From Fistulifera solaris (lineage: Eukaryota): DNA of 64,000 bases. A program made the position numbers and the translations under genes. The DNA lies in the NCBI GenBank assembly GCA_030295235.1, contig AP026124.1, positions 1,922,001-1,986,000 of the forward strand, written 5' to 3'. The notes beneath the pieces were generated by a model. The model saw only the letters and a program-made list of their open reading frames with translations, did not search any database and was not told the DNA's origin. Of this stretch, positions 1 through 12,021 are shown one piece after another; position 1 is the stretch's first letter; every line of letters starts with the position of its first letter.

Positions 1-1863
1 TAGTGTAGATGTATTGCCAGACGCAGGGGTCGACCTGGCTGCATCAGCCCTCGCTGTTAGTAGCAATTACGGCTTTGGTGGATATGGTAGTTCCGAGAAT
101 GCTGCAGGGTTGGTGACGGAGCATACTCAAGGAGTTAATGGGGATGATTTGGGGGCTTTGATGAGGCGACTGGAGACGCACGGAAGGAGTCGGCTGGTGA
201 ATTGGCCAAAGTGGCGCTTGCAAGTGATTTTGAGGTAACACAACAAGGCAATAACGATGAATTCGGGGAGTTTGATGAGACAATGGGAGAAGCCCCGAAG
301 GAGTCGTCGGCTGTTGAACCGGCTAAAATAGCGCTTGCACATGACTTTGAGGTTTCACAAGAAGACAATAACGATGAATTTGGGGAGTTTGATGAGACAA
401 TTGGAAAAGTAGCGGAAACACCAGGTGACGAGCAGACTGACCCAGGTCTTGTGGAAGATCTCTTATTAACAAGTACGCAAGACGACTATGGGGATGATTT
501 TGGGGACTTTGACGGGGCGGTTGGCGAAATGACCCGAGAGTCTAACGGTGAATCGGCTGAACCGGCTCTTCTGGACGATGCTGAGGGTCTTAGCGATGCT
601 TCACAAGACGACAATGACGATGATTTTGGGAATTTTAACGGGGTAACTGGAGCAAAGCCGCAACACTTCAATGGCGAACCTGCTGAACATGTGGACGGCG
701 CTGAAATCTTCTCAAAGACGAATCAAAGTGATGAAATTGCGGACTCGAACAGGGCACGCCGAGAAGCAGAGGAAACCGCACAGGATGCACAAGAACCGAC
801 TGTCGATGATGATGACGATTTTGGCGACTTTGGGGGCTTTGAAACTGCGGAGTTAGCAACAGAAGTCCAGAGTCAGATAAACGATGACGAAATCAACATT
901 GGCGACCTTGAGGAGGCGCGAAGTGATATTGCAGAAATATTAGCTGGGCAAGCTTCAGCCGACGACGATGATGACGACTTTGGCGAGTTTGGGAGCTTTG
1001 AAAACGCCGAGTTAACAACGGAAAGTTCAAAACCCAAGCAAGAAATCGATGATGAGTTTGATGAATTTGGCGACTTTGGTGAGGCAAACGCTGGCGCGGA
1101 AGTTGAGAAGGTTGAAGGAACGCAAGCAGAAGCGACAAAAGTGGCCTTGCAGACGAACCAAGAGGCTTGCGGAGCCAGAGCGTTTGCAGAGAGGGCGGAG
1201 TCAACATTTCATACTCTATTTGGACGATTCTCTCGCGAACACGAATTACCGCCAGAAATATCCGAGAAACCGATCACTGGCACTGACATTGTTCCAATCA
1301 GCTCGCTCTTGGTAAGCCCTTGAAATCTTTACTGACTCAATCCTGCACAATCCATTACTCATCTTGTCTTTCAGGAACAGGCGTTGAAAGACAAACCAAG
1401 TTCGCGTGCTCCGATTAATTTGTTTGATTTGCTTCGCGGACCGCAAGAGGCGAATAGCGAACCACCCTTAGCCTTTATCAATCCCAAATCCGTGAATCAA
1501 TCACCGCACCTAAGATATCAAAGCTGGATTTCTAAGTTCAAGCCTACGAACGGTGGATCCTCACCAAAAAATCCATTCCTCCCTACTGATCAAACTTTAC
1601 AAGCAATGCAAGCAGAAGATAAACACGAAAAACAAGGGGATCGCAAGGATGAAACGACTCAACATACACCGATATCCGAAACCAAGCCTGAAGAGGCCTT
1701 TGTCAAGGAGCCGCCATCATCACTGAGGGAAACCATTGTAGAGCTTCCTCCACTGCCAGCCAAAGCAAGCGATTCCCAATCCGAGCAAGTCGCCGAGTTT
1801 CTCAAACAGATTCCCGACCTATCTTACATGCTTTCATCCACGCTTTCACCTCCTAGCTCCTAA
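1..1863 (+). CDS. Aftiphilin/gamma-synergin-like acidic AP-1/clathrin accessory protein (5'-partial)
   Basis: About 10 D/E-FG-x-F motifs (gamma-ear binding type). C-terminal 'FLKQIPDLSYML' resembles the aftiphilin end. Phase-0 intron 1312..1374 (GTAAGC..TTTCAG) joins ORFs 202..1323 and 1384..1863. 1-nt deletion in the T-run at ~148-150. Confidence 0.6.
211..420 (+). repeat. Imperfect ~120-bp (40-aa) coding tandem repeat, two clear copies
   Basis: KVALASDFEVTQQGNNDEFGEFDETMG vs KIALAHDFEVSQEDNNDEFGEFDETIG, offset by 120 nt and near-identical at DNA level. Confidence 0.8.
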
Positions 1864-1889
1864 ATCATAAAAATGTATTATTATTGCTC

Positions 1890-2738
1890 TTAAATACCTT
1901 CAAACACTCCGTATTCCTCATGAACATTGACGGCCCTGATTCTGGCCAGATCAAATTGAAAATCTCCGTTCTCGCCATCCATTAGCGCAAGGCCCACTGA
2001 TTCTATACAAACATTATCATCCAACTCTCGAAAAACTTCTCGTTCCCGTCCCCTAGATGTTAATGATAAATGAGAGAAAGGCAAGACGAATCTTTCAAAC
2101 GGAGAAACGGACCCATCGTCGGACCCATTCGGCTTGGACCGTGATTGAATCTGCCCTTGATAAATGTCGTTGGGGATGGAAGTAGAAACTTTCAAGTTAA
2201 ACGTATATCTCCGGCCATCTGTCCGACAGGTAACTTCCAGCGCATTGTAAAGTCCTTGCAAATTGGCACCGCTGAAGGGAAATTCGGGAGATTGAAGTGC
2301 CGCAAATCCGGAACGCTGTGCCATGCTTTGCAAGCCAACGGTCGTATCCAACGTCCCTTGCCATCTTAGAAAAGGGACAAAATCGTCTTCTATGTCGGTT
2401 CTTGCGGTGTGCGAAATAGTTTCATCCTTCGATTCATTAATATCTTCGCCTTCCGCATCATATTGAATGACCTCTTCCGGTGTTCGCAATAAGATGGCCT
2501 GTGCTTTGGAAAAGCCCCCAATGACACGATCATCCGATATTCTCCAGGCATCCGTATCATATTCACAGACCCGAGATGCATCTACCGCATCGTCATGTCG
2601 CGAAAAGTCAAAGAGAGTCAAGGGAGGACACGGATAGCGATCCTTGGTCAACCAACTGGTGCGTAAGATACTTCGGCGGAATGCTAGATATCGTCGGGCC
2701 CATCCGCCGCCGCGAGAAGGGAACATCCACAGTATCAT
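1890..2738 (-). CDS. NDUFAF1: Complex I intermediate-associated protein 30 (CIA30/NDUFAF1)
   Basis: LFDF, W..SDDRVIGGFS, RSGFA, DGRRYTFNL, G.F.F.L..I.A motifs of the CIA30 family. Exact start uncertain. Confidence 0.85.
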   Translation of the reverse strand: MILWMFPSRGGGWARRYLAFRRSILRTSWLTKDRYPCPPLTLFDFSRHDDAVDASRVCEYDTDAWRISDDRVIGGFSKAQAILLRTPEEVIQYDAEGEDINESKDETISHTARTDIEDDFVPFLRWQGTLDTTVGLQSMAQRSGFAALQSPEFPFSGANLQGLYNALEVTCRTDGRRYTFNLKVSTSIPNDIYQGQIQSRSKPNGSDDGSVSPFERFVLPFSHLSLTSRGREREVFRELDDNVCIESVGLALMDGENGDFQFDLARIRAVNVHEEYGVFEGI

Positions 2739-3226
2739 GCTTCTATTGTGGTTGGAGTAGCTTTAAGTCGGAATACGAGGTTGGATTACGTAGTATGAAA
2801 AGGATCCATTACCAGGTACACTTACACCGGCTGTATTACAATGAATGATGGTGCTTTGTCTTTAAGGTTCAGGGTTAAGACTTTATCTTCTGGACACAGG
2901 TTTCCTACGTTGACTTAAGTCTTTCGATGATTCGATTCATTGCCATTCTAGACATTTTGACTTCGATTTCCATTATTGTTTAAGACATGTTAATGGATTA
3001 TAGTCTAAGTTAAAAGTCTGCTGTAGATAGACTAATAGGGGACTGCTGTCGAGAGTAGCTATTATATCCGGGTTCGTAGGCTTCAGCACGAAATAGGTGA
3101 AGAGAATCATCTTTCATCAAAATTAAACATTCTAGCTTCTATCTTGGTATCCTCGACTCATTCAAACCCAAAAAAAGGCCAGTAAAGAAGTAAACGATCT
3201 TAGTAAGGCCTCCATTGCTACAAAAG

Positions 3227-3308
3227 TGCGTGAAGTGGGATTTGAACCCACGCCTCCGAAGAGAACAGATCCTGATTCTGCCGCCATAGACCACTCGGCC
3301 ATTCACAC
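3227..3308 (-). tRNA. tRNA-Leu(CAG)
   Basis: Reverse complement folds into a cloverleaf: acceptor GTGTGAA/TTCACGC, A-box TGGCCGAGTGG, anticodon arm GCAGA-ATCAGGA-TCTGT, long variable arm, B-box GGTTCAAATCC, discriminator A, then a TTTT Pol III terminator. Confidence 0.93.
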
Positions 3309-3869
3309 TGCGACACCCAATCTGGATTTTGCTGTTAATTATAAACTCTTAATTTTGTCACTAACCAATTTTCAGTACGTAGTCGTTTTGGAGCGCGTAA
3401 ATTTACACCGGCCTTTTTAGGCAGCGGTGATCACAATTATGAAGACAATAATGTTGCTTGTTAGAGAAGTGGCTTGATGGGTCTATGGTGATAAATACTC
3501 CTAGGTGTTTGGCACCGCCTGTTGAAGCCTTTTCGACACCCACATTGGCAATAATTTACTGGGCCACATACCTGGTACTATACGAAAGAGCAGGACATTC
3601 AGCTGAGCACAAAGAGTTCTTACGACTGATCAAGTTAAACTGTTACAATTTACAACTTAGATTAATAAAATGACAATAAAAATGCTCCCTTTTGTTTCAA
3701 GGCTCGAAACTGGCTTTCGTTAGCTGGAATGGCTACTGATCAGAGGACTGCGGACTACTGCTGCTCGTCACAGATGTTGCATTCGCCTGAATTTCGTCTT
3801 ATATGATTAACAGGTCGTATGAAGCATCCTTATCTCGCTGGAAAGAAATGGCTCAATACAAGGTAAGAA

Positions 3870-4601
3870 TCAATCAGATGGCGCATCCGAACCAAACTCA
3901 TAAAGATAGTGTCGCACTCCACCATGCAAGCCGTCATCAATGGCAACAGGATCCCAACCGTGAATACGAAACATGTAGGAAACGATGCGTATCTTCCTTC
4001 CTTTCGTTCCGTCATGTTCCATCCTTTGATCGACGAGGGAATCCAAAAAGTCGGCTTTCAATCGCGCCAAGCCCTTGGGCAACAAGTACAGATAAATGGC
4101 CGTGGCATCCTCGCGAATAGTCAAATCGGAACACGCATGTAGGACTTGCTCGTTGTCTTCTTTTTCACAAAGTGGTTCATTGTTGTCATAAAGTAGAACA
4201 TTTCCGTGTCGAATTTGTACGCGCTGTTGCACCTCGTGTGGCAGTTTCGCTAAAGCCGTTCGACCCCGCCACACAAAGATAGGATCCAATTCGATCCCCA
4301 CACACCGCACCCCTTCTACTTGTGAGGCAGCTGTCAAGAGCAATCTACCATCTCCGCAGCCGAGATCGAAAAGAACATCGTCGCTGGTCAACGAGAAGAG
4401 ACGGAGGGCATGGTCTTGTGCGGATCGCGAAGATGGGTTGAATGGAGCGATACTGTAAGGTTGTTCGGTGTTGCACTCAATCGTCTTTGAGTCGTCGTCC
4501 TCGTCACTTGACGTCATCTCGGTTCGTGGCTCGATGCGTGGTTCTTGAGCTGCTGACGGCTCTCGAGAATTCATTGTTGATGATGGTTTGTCATTACTCA
4601 T
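3870..4601 (-). CDS. Class I SAM-dependent methyltransferase (FAM173/ATPSCKMT-like)
   Basis: APF.PS, FDLGCGDGRL motif I, VGIELDP, IYLYLLP and RIVSYMFRI.GW. Confidence 0.8.
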   Translation of the reverse strand: MSNDKPSSTMNSREPSAAQEPRIEPRTEMTSSDEDDDSKTIECNTEQPYSIAPFNPSSRSAQDHALRLFSLTSDDVLFDLGCGDGRLLLTAASQVEGVRCVGIELDPIFVWRGRTALAKLPHEVQQRVQIRHGNVLLYDNNEPLCEKEDNEQVLHACSDLTIREDATAIYLYLLPKGLARLKADFLDSLVDQRMEHDGTKGRKIRIVSYMFRIHGWDPVAIDDGLHGGVRHYLYEFGSDAPSD

Positions 4602-4752
4602 TGTTTCGTTCTTCCCACTTTCACAACGAGCGCGAAAACTGGTTAGATCTTCATTTCTCGCTTGAGATTGACAATAATACCAGTGATGCAGCGGTCCTCT
4701 ATTATATCATTAAATTAAAACGTTTAGCGGCTTGTTGCATTGCTCTCGGAAA

Positions 4753-4769
4753 GACGACTCATGACTGAA
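4753..4769 (+). promoter_or_regulatory. Candidate cis-element GACGACTCATGACTGAA (copy 1)
   Basis: Identical 17-mer at 14355..14371 (minus strand) and 14-mer at 61505..61518, all in divergent intergenic regions. Confidence 0.5.
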
Positions 4770-4903
4770 TTGCATTCGTGGTCGTCAATTCACGAAAAAA
4801 AAATCCTTCAATTTCATCAATGATTATTGCCTCATTAATGCTCTATTAGTCCTCTTTACTGTTGCGAATGTCTTCATTACTTCTTTCGTTGAAAATAAAC
4901 AAG

Positions 4904-6040
4904 ATGTCACCAACCACGTGTTTATCGGTTCTCCGCTTCGCATCTCCCACCACCATCGAGGGCGGTGGTCTTCCTCCGTCAGCATTGCCCTTTCAACGAC
5001 TGACGGATCGAATCATTCAACACTTTTCCGCTTCCAATGAAACGAATGATCCGCCATCGATGAATGTCATTCAGATCTCGAATCGCTACTTTACGGCGCA
5101 AGTCGCCTTACTCTCCGAAGAAGCCACGCAACAATCCACGCTGCACAAAGAAGACGGCATTGTTCTCGTTTGGGACGATGATCACGCGATTGCCGACTGG
5201 ATACAGCTCTTGAATGCGGCGCACGAACAACTGGAAGCTGCCGGAGGAGGGGATTTGTTGCGACTTTGTGTGGGTATATCGACGACGACGACGACGACAA
5301 CGACAACAACAACTCGATCCCAACGAACGCCCAAAGAAATTGAAGAGACATATTCGCAGCGAGTATTGTGGTGTCTGGATCGTGGTTACGAATATATTCC
5401 GGCGTGTGATTTATCGGATGAAGGCGTTTCCCGCGGACACGGAGAACGTGATAAGGAAGGATTCGCTCGGCTCGTGGAAGCCATTCAAGGGACGGTTTGG
5501 TCTTCGGCAGTTATGGCGACGAGCACGCAACATAAATTAAAATCGGCATATCAAGAAACCCTAGCAGCTGTTGAACAGTTGGATCAAAAAATTGAGAATA
5601 ACAACGATGACATTGATGAGGATAGAATGAATCAATATGTACCGCCAGATCCATCCATGCTTCTCGTGTCGATCAACAAGGAAGACGAAGAACGAGAAAA
5701 GAAAGCACAAGAGGCTTTGATGAAAGATGTCAATGAAGAAACAACCGATCAATCAACAGTAAGCGGAGTACAAGAAAGTACTCAAACCGCATCACACGAG
5801 GAAGGTCGGGTAAATGAGCGACTGTTCAATCAATTTGAAGGTGCGATACAAGAGGCATCTCGCATCCGTGACCTATCACGATCTGGGCAATTATCGGACG
5901 AGGAACGTCGACAGCGTGCCGGAGATGCTGCAATGATGCTAGTTAATCTATTGGATCAGATGGGATATGATGATGACGATGAGGACGACGGAAATTCTTC
6001 CATTGGGGGTGAAGAAGAAAAAGAAGAGAAGGTAGACTGA
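4904..6040 (+). CDS. AAGAB: Alpha- and gamma-adaptin-binding protein p34
   Basis: ISNRYFTAQV, WCLDRGYEYI, GFARLVEAIQGTVWS and C-terminal LSDEERRQRA match p34/AAGAB. First ATG used is 4904. Confidence 0.8.
   Translation: MSPTTCLSVLRFASPTTIEGGGLPPSALPFQRLTDRIIQHFSASNETNDPPSMNVIQISNRYFTAQVALLSEEATQQSTLHKEDGIVLVWDDDHAIADWIQLLNAAHEQLEAAGGGDLLRLCVGISTTTTTTTTTTTRSQRTPKEIEETYSQRVLWCLDRGYEYIPACDLSDEGVSRGHGERDKEGFARLVEAIQGTVWSSAVMATSTQHKLKSAYQETLAAVEQLDQKIENNNDDIDEDRMNQYVPPDPSMLLVSINKEDEEREKKAQEALMKDVNEETTDQSTVSGVQESTQTASHEEGRVNERLFNQFEGAIQEASRIRDLSRSGQLSDEERRQRAGDAAMMLVNLLDQMGYDDDDEDDGNSSIGGEEEKEEKVD
5282..5313 (+). repeat. (ACG/ACA)n trinucleotide tract encoding poly-Thr
   Basis: acgacgacgacgacgacaacgacaacaacaac within the AAGAB reading frame. 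Confidence 0.8.
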
Positions 6041-6083
6041 ATTGCGTTTTTACGATAATTGAGTAACTTGCGATCCTTTGGAT

Positions 6084-6400
6084 TTATTGATGAGTATTGA
6101 CGTAGTCGATCCAGTAGATCCAAATAAGAAAATAAGGCACCAAAATGTAAGGATTGCCGATAGGATTCAAAAAATTCTGCCATTTGAAAGCAGACACCTT
6201 CTTTTCAGGAACTACCGGTTCTTGGGGTTTGTTCTTTTGAAAATATTGAGCTGTGTAACGCTGCTGGAATGTGTCGATTCTCGAGAAATATCGACTTTTG
6301 TGAAGACAGAATGGATGGAAGGAGTGATAAAAGCAGATGCCTGCCCGGCAAGCAAGAGAACTACGCACATCGCAATGGGTGCAATGTTTTGACGGGCCAT
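6084..6400 (-). CDS. Small plastid-targeted membrane protein of unknown function (frameshifted in assembly)
   Basis: Signal peptide ending GQASA-FITP. Adding one A to the A4 run at 6235-6238 joins it to the frame ending in hydrophobic PYILVPYFLIWIYWIDYV. Confidence 0.65.
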
Positions 6401-6883
6401 ATTTGTACTTGTATCGTTCTCAAAAGTTAACTATGATTTAATTCGAGGTGTTCAGTTCGACAGAATAACCATTTATGCTTTCTCTTTCTCGGTTGTGTTT
6501 CATTATCATTCGTCGTCTGCATGCGTGCGCAATATTCTATGACGTCACTCGTGAAGTGCTAGCGTCAAATCAATCAGGTCAAATCATCGGCCTAGCTAAA
6601 TTTCGCATCTTGTGTCACTCTCCCTCGACTAAAAAAAGCTTGACTTGAAAAACAGAACTATAGGCAGATCAAAACGGGAAAAGGTCACGCCTTTTTTCGT
6701 ACGGACGAAGATTGCCGTAATACAAAACAAGGCTTGCTTACTATTATGTGAAGAGAAACGCTGTCGTCTCGGATTTAATCTCCGTCTTAAGATTGATCAT
6801 CTTTACAACTTCCCTACCGTGCAATTTTCGGCAGCACATCAATTAGGGACATTGTACGTTCCAAAGTCAACCACATGACTTTT

Positions 6884-7306
6884 TTAACGATAGCGGAAAG
6901 TAATACGACCTCGTGTGAGATCGTACGGACTCAGTTCAATCAATACTTTGTCTCCCACCAGAATCTTGACGAAATTCTTGCGAATTTTCCCGCTAATTGT
7001 TGCCAAGATGGGTTCTTGCGATTCGGGGGCCCCATCTATGGCACATCGGAACATGGCATTCGGTAGGCCTTCGACCACCACAGCTTCGACTTCGATAACA
7101 TCATCCTTCGTCTTTCGCACTCTCTCGGTCTTGTTTTTTCTTTCATTTCCTTGTGCTCTCGCTTCTTTCTTCCCGTAAATTGCTGACGACTGTCGAAGTG
7201 TGGCCGATGGAATGGAAGAAACATGGATGGAAGGAGGGGCCAAAAGGAAACCCTCCACCATTCCCAGTATAAGTGATATAAGAAGAACAATTCTTGTTGA
7301 CAGCAT
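6884..7306 (-). CDS. infA: Translation initiation factor IF-1, nucleus-encoded, probably plastid-targeted
   Basis: [54 protein letters not shown]-terminal signal peptide (VEG-FLL) plus transit-like region. Confidence 0.92.
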   Translation of the reverse strand: MLSTRIVLLISLILGMVEGFLLAPPSIHVSSIPSATLRQSSAIYGKKEARAQGNERKNKTERVRKTKDDVIEVEAVVVEGLPNAMFRCAIDGAPESQEPILATISGKIRKNFVKILVGDKVLIELSPYDLTRGRITFRYR

Positions 7307-8945
7307 GTTGAATTAGAGGTATTGTCGTAGAAGCAAAGAGAGAAGGTATTTGAAATCACGCCGAAGGATGGTTTCATTTGGATGATGGACGAGCGACTTT
7401 CGGTCCAACGTTGTCAGCCACAAACGTGTAAACGTCAACGCCACATCAAACAAACCAACAAACGCTGAAAGGAAAAAGTCGTATCCCGTGTAAGGTGATA
7501 GTACAGTCTATGTTGGTGTGCTGCTTTCCATTCTGTAAGTCACGAGTCTGGAAGAGTGTCCAGTCTGTCCATGCGTCCTAAAAGACATTTAGCAGCCACG
7601 CTGCGACATAGTCTAACAACCCGAGTACCGTTCCGGACTTCCCGCTACTGCTACTGGTGCTTCTAAAACGTGCTTTTCGGCCAAAAATGCAAGGCCAATC
7701 AATCATGAGCGTACAAGATACAACTTAACTGATCCTCCGGCATTAACAAGTAGGAAAAGTTTCAAAAAAATAGCACATAGCACAAGATTTTTTTGGCCGA
7801 TTGCTTAACACCCATTTTCATGCCATTGAGCGACCCTTTGAAGCAACATAACGATATCCTTTCCAAATTCCCCGCATTTCATGATCCCTTTACGAGTTCG
7901 AATACGTCAATGAAGTTAGCGCCTGAAAATTTGTCTCAGTAAGGGCTTTATTGCTTCGTAAGAGGATGGATTTGCTCAGTGACTTTGGTCGCCGCGGAGC
8001 GTGATCTTACCAGCAGCTCGACGGTGGATTGGTTTTGGTCGTAGCGGGCCATTAACATGTAGGAATAGCAACAAAAACAAGGCGAGTGAATGATAGTCGA
8101 TACGAAGTTCAAGCTCGTGATTACGTGTCATGGCGAATAGATGACTGCTGCAACAATCAATTCACTGCATCTAAGGCGATGTCTTCAATGCCATTTCTGT
8201 GGATTTCGCACCATCAAATTTTGATATTACTTGCTATTCAAACAAATGCTTCTCAATCCACCCTTCTGGTTGGCTCGTCGGGATGCAGCGCGGATTGTGA
8301 AAGCACGAACCAAGTATCTAATAAGATCTCGGTGCAACGTATCGCTTCACGCCAACAAGATGACGACTATTCCTTTGCCATTCATAGTCTGCTTACGCAC
8401 ATGTAGCGACAGGAGCGGTGGGAAGTTTCAAATGTATTTGATAGAGTCAAGGATATCATCCTATCGAATCAGCTTTAACAGATGACCGACAAACTGGTCA
8501 ATTTATCCTCTGTCCAGTTTCACTTCACAAAATCGAGAATTAAATTCGGTAGTGGGGCACAAATTCCCCGCTCATGGTTCCAAATAGAGGATAACAAGAG
8601 CGAGACGAGTTGAATCTGGTAGGAGGACACATTCAAGCCCACCCCGATCACTACCAACACCTAAGAAAATCTTGGTAATCATTATAGAATATTCAATGTC
8701 TCCGAGAGCATGACGCACAGTGTGCTCGCCGATTATCCGGTTCAAATGCTGATGCTTTAATATCAATCTGAGGTGCCGTTGGCTCCTCAAAAAGCTACTA
8801 CGGAGACGAGGCGTTGGTGCTAATCACGGGTTTCATCGTTTGAATGCGTTCAAGCTCCACTAATTACTGCTCATAAGGCTATGTGCATCAATTAAACGGC
8901 GTTCTAAGAGCTTAAATTGTTTTGCTGAAGTCCGCCAAACGCATT

Positions 8946-10266
8946 TTACACAACATAGGACGCAACGACGTCACCTTCTAGTTTTTGCCGCTTGGCACTA
9001 TTATCATTGGAGTCTTCTTGTACCAGCCTTTTCTCTCTGTCGGCAAGAGCATCTTGCGCGTGTTGATCTTGCTTCAAAACCTCGTTAAGTGGCTCGGAGG
9101 GAATCACATGAGTCTGCCTGAGGTTGACACCGTTCTTTTCAATTTGTTGGAGGCTGGCTATCCCTCCCACATTTTGTTGCATCGCCAATAACATGTTCAT
9201 CTGATTCCCTCCGTCTTGTAGTGATGCCATGTTCTGGTGCTGCTGTAAAAGTAGCTGTTGCTGCTGGAGGTGTTGTTGTTGGTAAATGTTCATCATAAGC
9301 GTCGTTTCTTGAATTTCGTTTAATAGATTCATATGGTGGAGCTTCAACATTTGATAATGTCTGACGAAGAAGGTTAGTACATGTTTGCCTCTCATCACTT
9401 TCTCGTTTCAACACGAAAGTACTTACTCGTTGGGGTTTGTTGCTGTAGAATTGGAAAGGTTGATCGAAGGAACACTAGCGTTCCCGACTCCATTAGAATT
9501 CTCTGCATTGGTGTTAGAGCCGTTACCTTGTTCTGAAGGCTGTTGACGATAGAAATCGTCTCTGTATGCATTATAGGCAGCAGCGGCTCCTCCGCCCACA
9601 AGTTCGCGAAAAGCCGGCTTTCCGATGAGATCGATGCCCGCGTTATTGATTGAAGGCTGCGTCGAACTTCCAAAAGAACTGGTTTTACCAAAGTCGTTAG
9701 AAAGGAGAGATAGACCAAGTGATGAACTCCGACGGGCTTGTTTTAAACTATTTTGGGTTTCTTGTTGATTCCATACATTCTGCATCATGGCCTGTTGCAT
9801 ACCAGCCTGCCCGTTAGTTTGCGCATTCGCACCCATCCCCATAAACACCATATTAGGGTGAGACCCCTGGGCTACGGTGCTAGCTAATATTCCATCGTCT
9901 TCGCCTTTTCGACTCGTACGTCCTCCGCTGACCACCCTGATTCCAAGTCTTTCGAGTTCGTTGATGACCCAATCACGTGTCGGTTTGGGGTTCATGCTTG
10001 ATCTCCAGGCTCTAGTAAGCGCCTTTGCCTTGGCACACTTCTCTTCTGCTTCTGTCGAAGGAAAGGTACCCAAGGCAATTGTCTTTCCTGCCACTGCCGA
10101 AAAGGTAGTTGATGATGATGAGTATTGTATGGTCTGACGAGTTGGCGAACGAATAAATCTCACGATCCTCATAATTGCAGCGACTCTTACAGCTCGACTC
10201 CCTTACCTTTACATGTACCGCTCTTTTACCAGCATTGGCCCCAACGTCATCGACTGGATTTGACAT
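8946..10266 (-). CDS. Gln-rich hypothetical protein, possible transcription factor with degenerate AP2-like segment; 3 exons
   Basis: Exons 10266..10207, 10133..9427 and 9360..8946 joined by GT-AG introns that keep the frame. TIALGTFPSTEAEEKC resembles the AP2 LGTF motif. Poly-Q and a C-terminal AKRQKL NLS-like stretch. Confidence 0.55.
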
Positions 10267-11104
10267 TGCTATTGAGATCTAAAAAAATGTGGAAAAAGGA
10301 GGCTAAATTTTCGATGTCTGGGTAAAGGGCCTTGTCTCTGCAGTCGATGCTGCAAGGGTCGCTAAAGCGATCGTCGGTCGGAAGCAAGAAAAGACGGTTG
10401 TTTTCGCTTTGCTGGTCTATCGGATCTGCTGATCTGCTGCCAATTGAATGTCGAATGGATCCGAGTGTCGATCTCGTCGTTCCTTCGTTGTGTCGCTTTT
10501 GCCTTTTTTTATTGTTGTTCGGTTTTTTGTTGCTTGGATTGGAGGCTTGGAGGTCATTATCGCCAAGGAAATATAAGTAATCTGGCTCAGAGTGTAGCAT
10601 TGGCATATCGAAACTGGCATTTTGGCGTCGGGTCTTCATCATCAGTTGATAGGGACTTTTGACATTTTGCAAAAATAGCATGTACAATTTGGTTCACACT
10701 TTGAAGAATCGCTGCTATAACTTTTTCGACATTTAGACATGAAACATCCTATTTATCCAGTACCGCTTTAGGTTAGTGATATTAGCTATGAGGTCTATTT
10801 ACTACAAACTGCTAAACTACCAGTCAATCCGCGTTTTGTTTTCCGCGTTCTGTGGAAAAGTCACAAGAACACACTTGATGGTATACTACTACGTAGCATC
10901 GATCACCAATACGACTTTATCCAATAAGACCGAAGACCCGACAGAAGGTCTGACGACATCAGCGACCATCAACCATGAAAATTTGCGCTCACCGCGGTGC
11001 AGCTTTTGAAAATCGATCAATAACATCGTAAACAATTTGTTGACCAAATTGAAAACCGAAATCAATTATTCCGTAAAGATAACCCTTTTGCGCTTAAGTT
11101 CAGG

Positions 11105-12021
11105 ATGGGACGAGTTGCTCGTTACAAAAAAATCAAAGCATGCGATCCCTATTCGAAACAAAACGGGGGTAGGGTCCAACTCGACAAAGTGGGTGTGTGG
11201 GGATTGGGGGACAACGGTCGGAAACCGAAGAAGCGCAGCAAAACTGCGGAGAGACTTCGGGCCCACAAAAGGAAAAAGGCAGGTTGACGAAGGGGACCCT
11301 TTCGATTTACCTTTCGAAGGCGAGGACGAGTTTGATATGGCTGACTTAGTAGGTAGTGTAAAGAGAGAAAAGAAAACGACGGAAGAAACTGAAGTTGTTT
11401 CAAATGTTGTCAAGACTGTCACAATATCTTCTGTAAAGCCAGAAAAGTCACTTAAAGATGAGAATTTACAAAGTTCAAAGCTTCTGAAACTTGACAAGCA
11501 AATAGAAAAGAAGCTACATGAGGCACCAGAAGTAAAACGCATGCCAGGTGAAAGTAAGAAGGCCTTTGACCATCGAATAAAGGCAGAAACACGAATGATT
11601 ATCAAAGAGCAACGGGTAAACAATAGAAATCCTGAAAAGAAGCAGCGAAAGAAACAGTTTCTGACCAACAAGAAAAAGAAAAAAGAATGGGGAAGTTTTG
11701 GCTAACTCCTCCTTGGGGAAATATGCGGACGACAGTGATGCTGATGCGGATGATGACTTTATTACTGGGGAACAAGCAGCGGCCCATCGAGATAGAGAAA
11801 GCACTGTACCGTTTGGCGTTCAAGCAGAACGTCCGCCGTCGTTCAAGCAACTTCCTCGAGGTGCAGTCGAAAAGAAACGTCCGAATGGGCAATCTAAACT
11901 GTTGGATGATGCTGATATTGAAGCGGAGAAAAAGACAATGGAACTGATGAGGCGGAAAATTCAAGCCCAGTATGCCGCGATCAAAGTACAGCGACGTCAA
12001 AGGGGAGATTTTCATCTGTGA
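11105..12021 (+). CDS. CCDC137-like basic nucleolar protein (two frameshifts)
   Basis: MGRVARYKKIK.CDP, KRMPGESKKAF, VPFGVQAERPP and ELMRRKIQAQY. Frame changes in A-runs near 11265-11280 and 11680-11690. Confidence 0.6.

Noticed and set aside
3226..3420. 64-aa ORF starting MREVGFEPT
   Set aside because: It is the antisense reading of the tRNA-Leu gene.
6884..7306. infA as bacterial contamination or recent horizontal transfer
   Set aside because: It carries a bipartite targeting presequence and sits among eukaryotic genes, consistent with ordinary nuclear encoding of an organellar factor.
7960..8150. Possible U3 snoRNA (GAGCGTGA box-B-like sequence near 7997)
   Set aside because: I could not find a convincing box A/A', terminal box D or closing stem.
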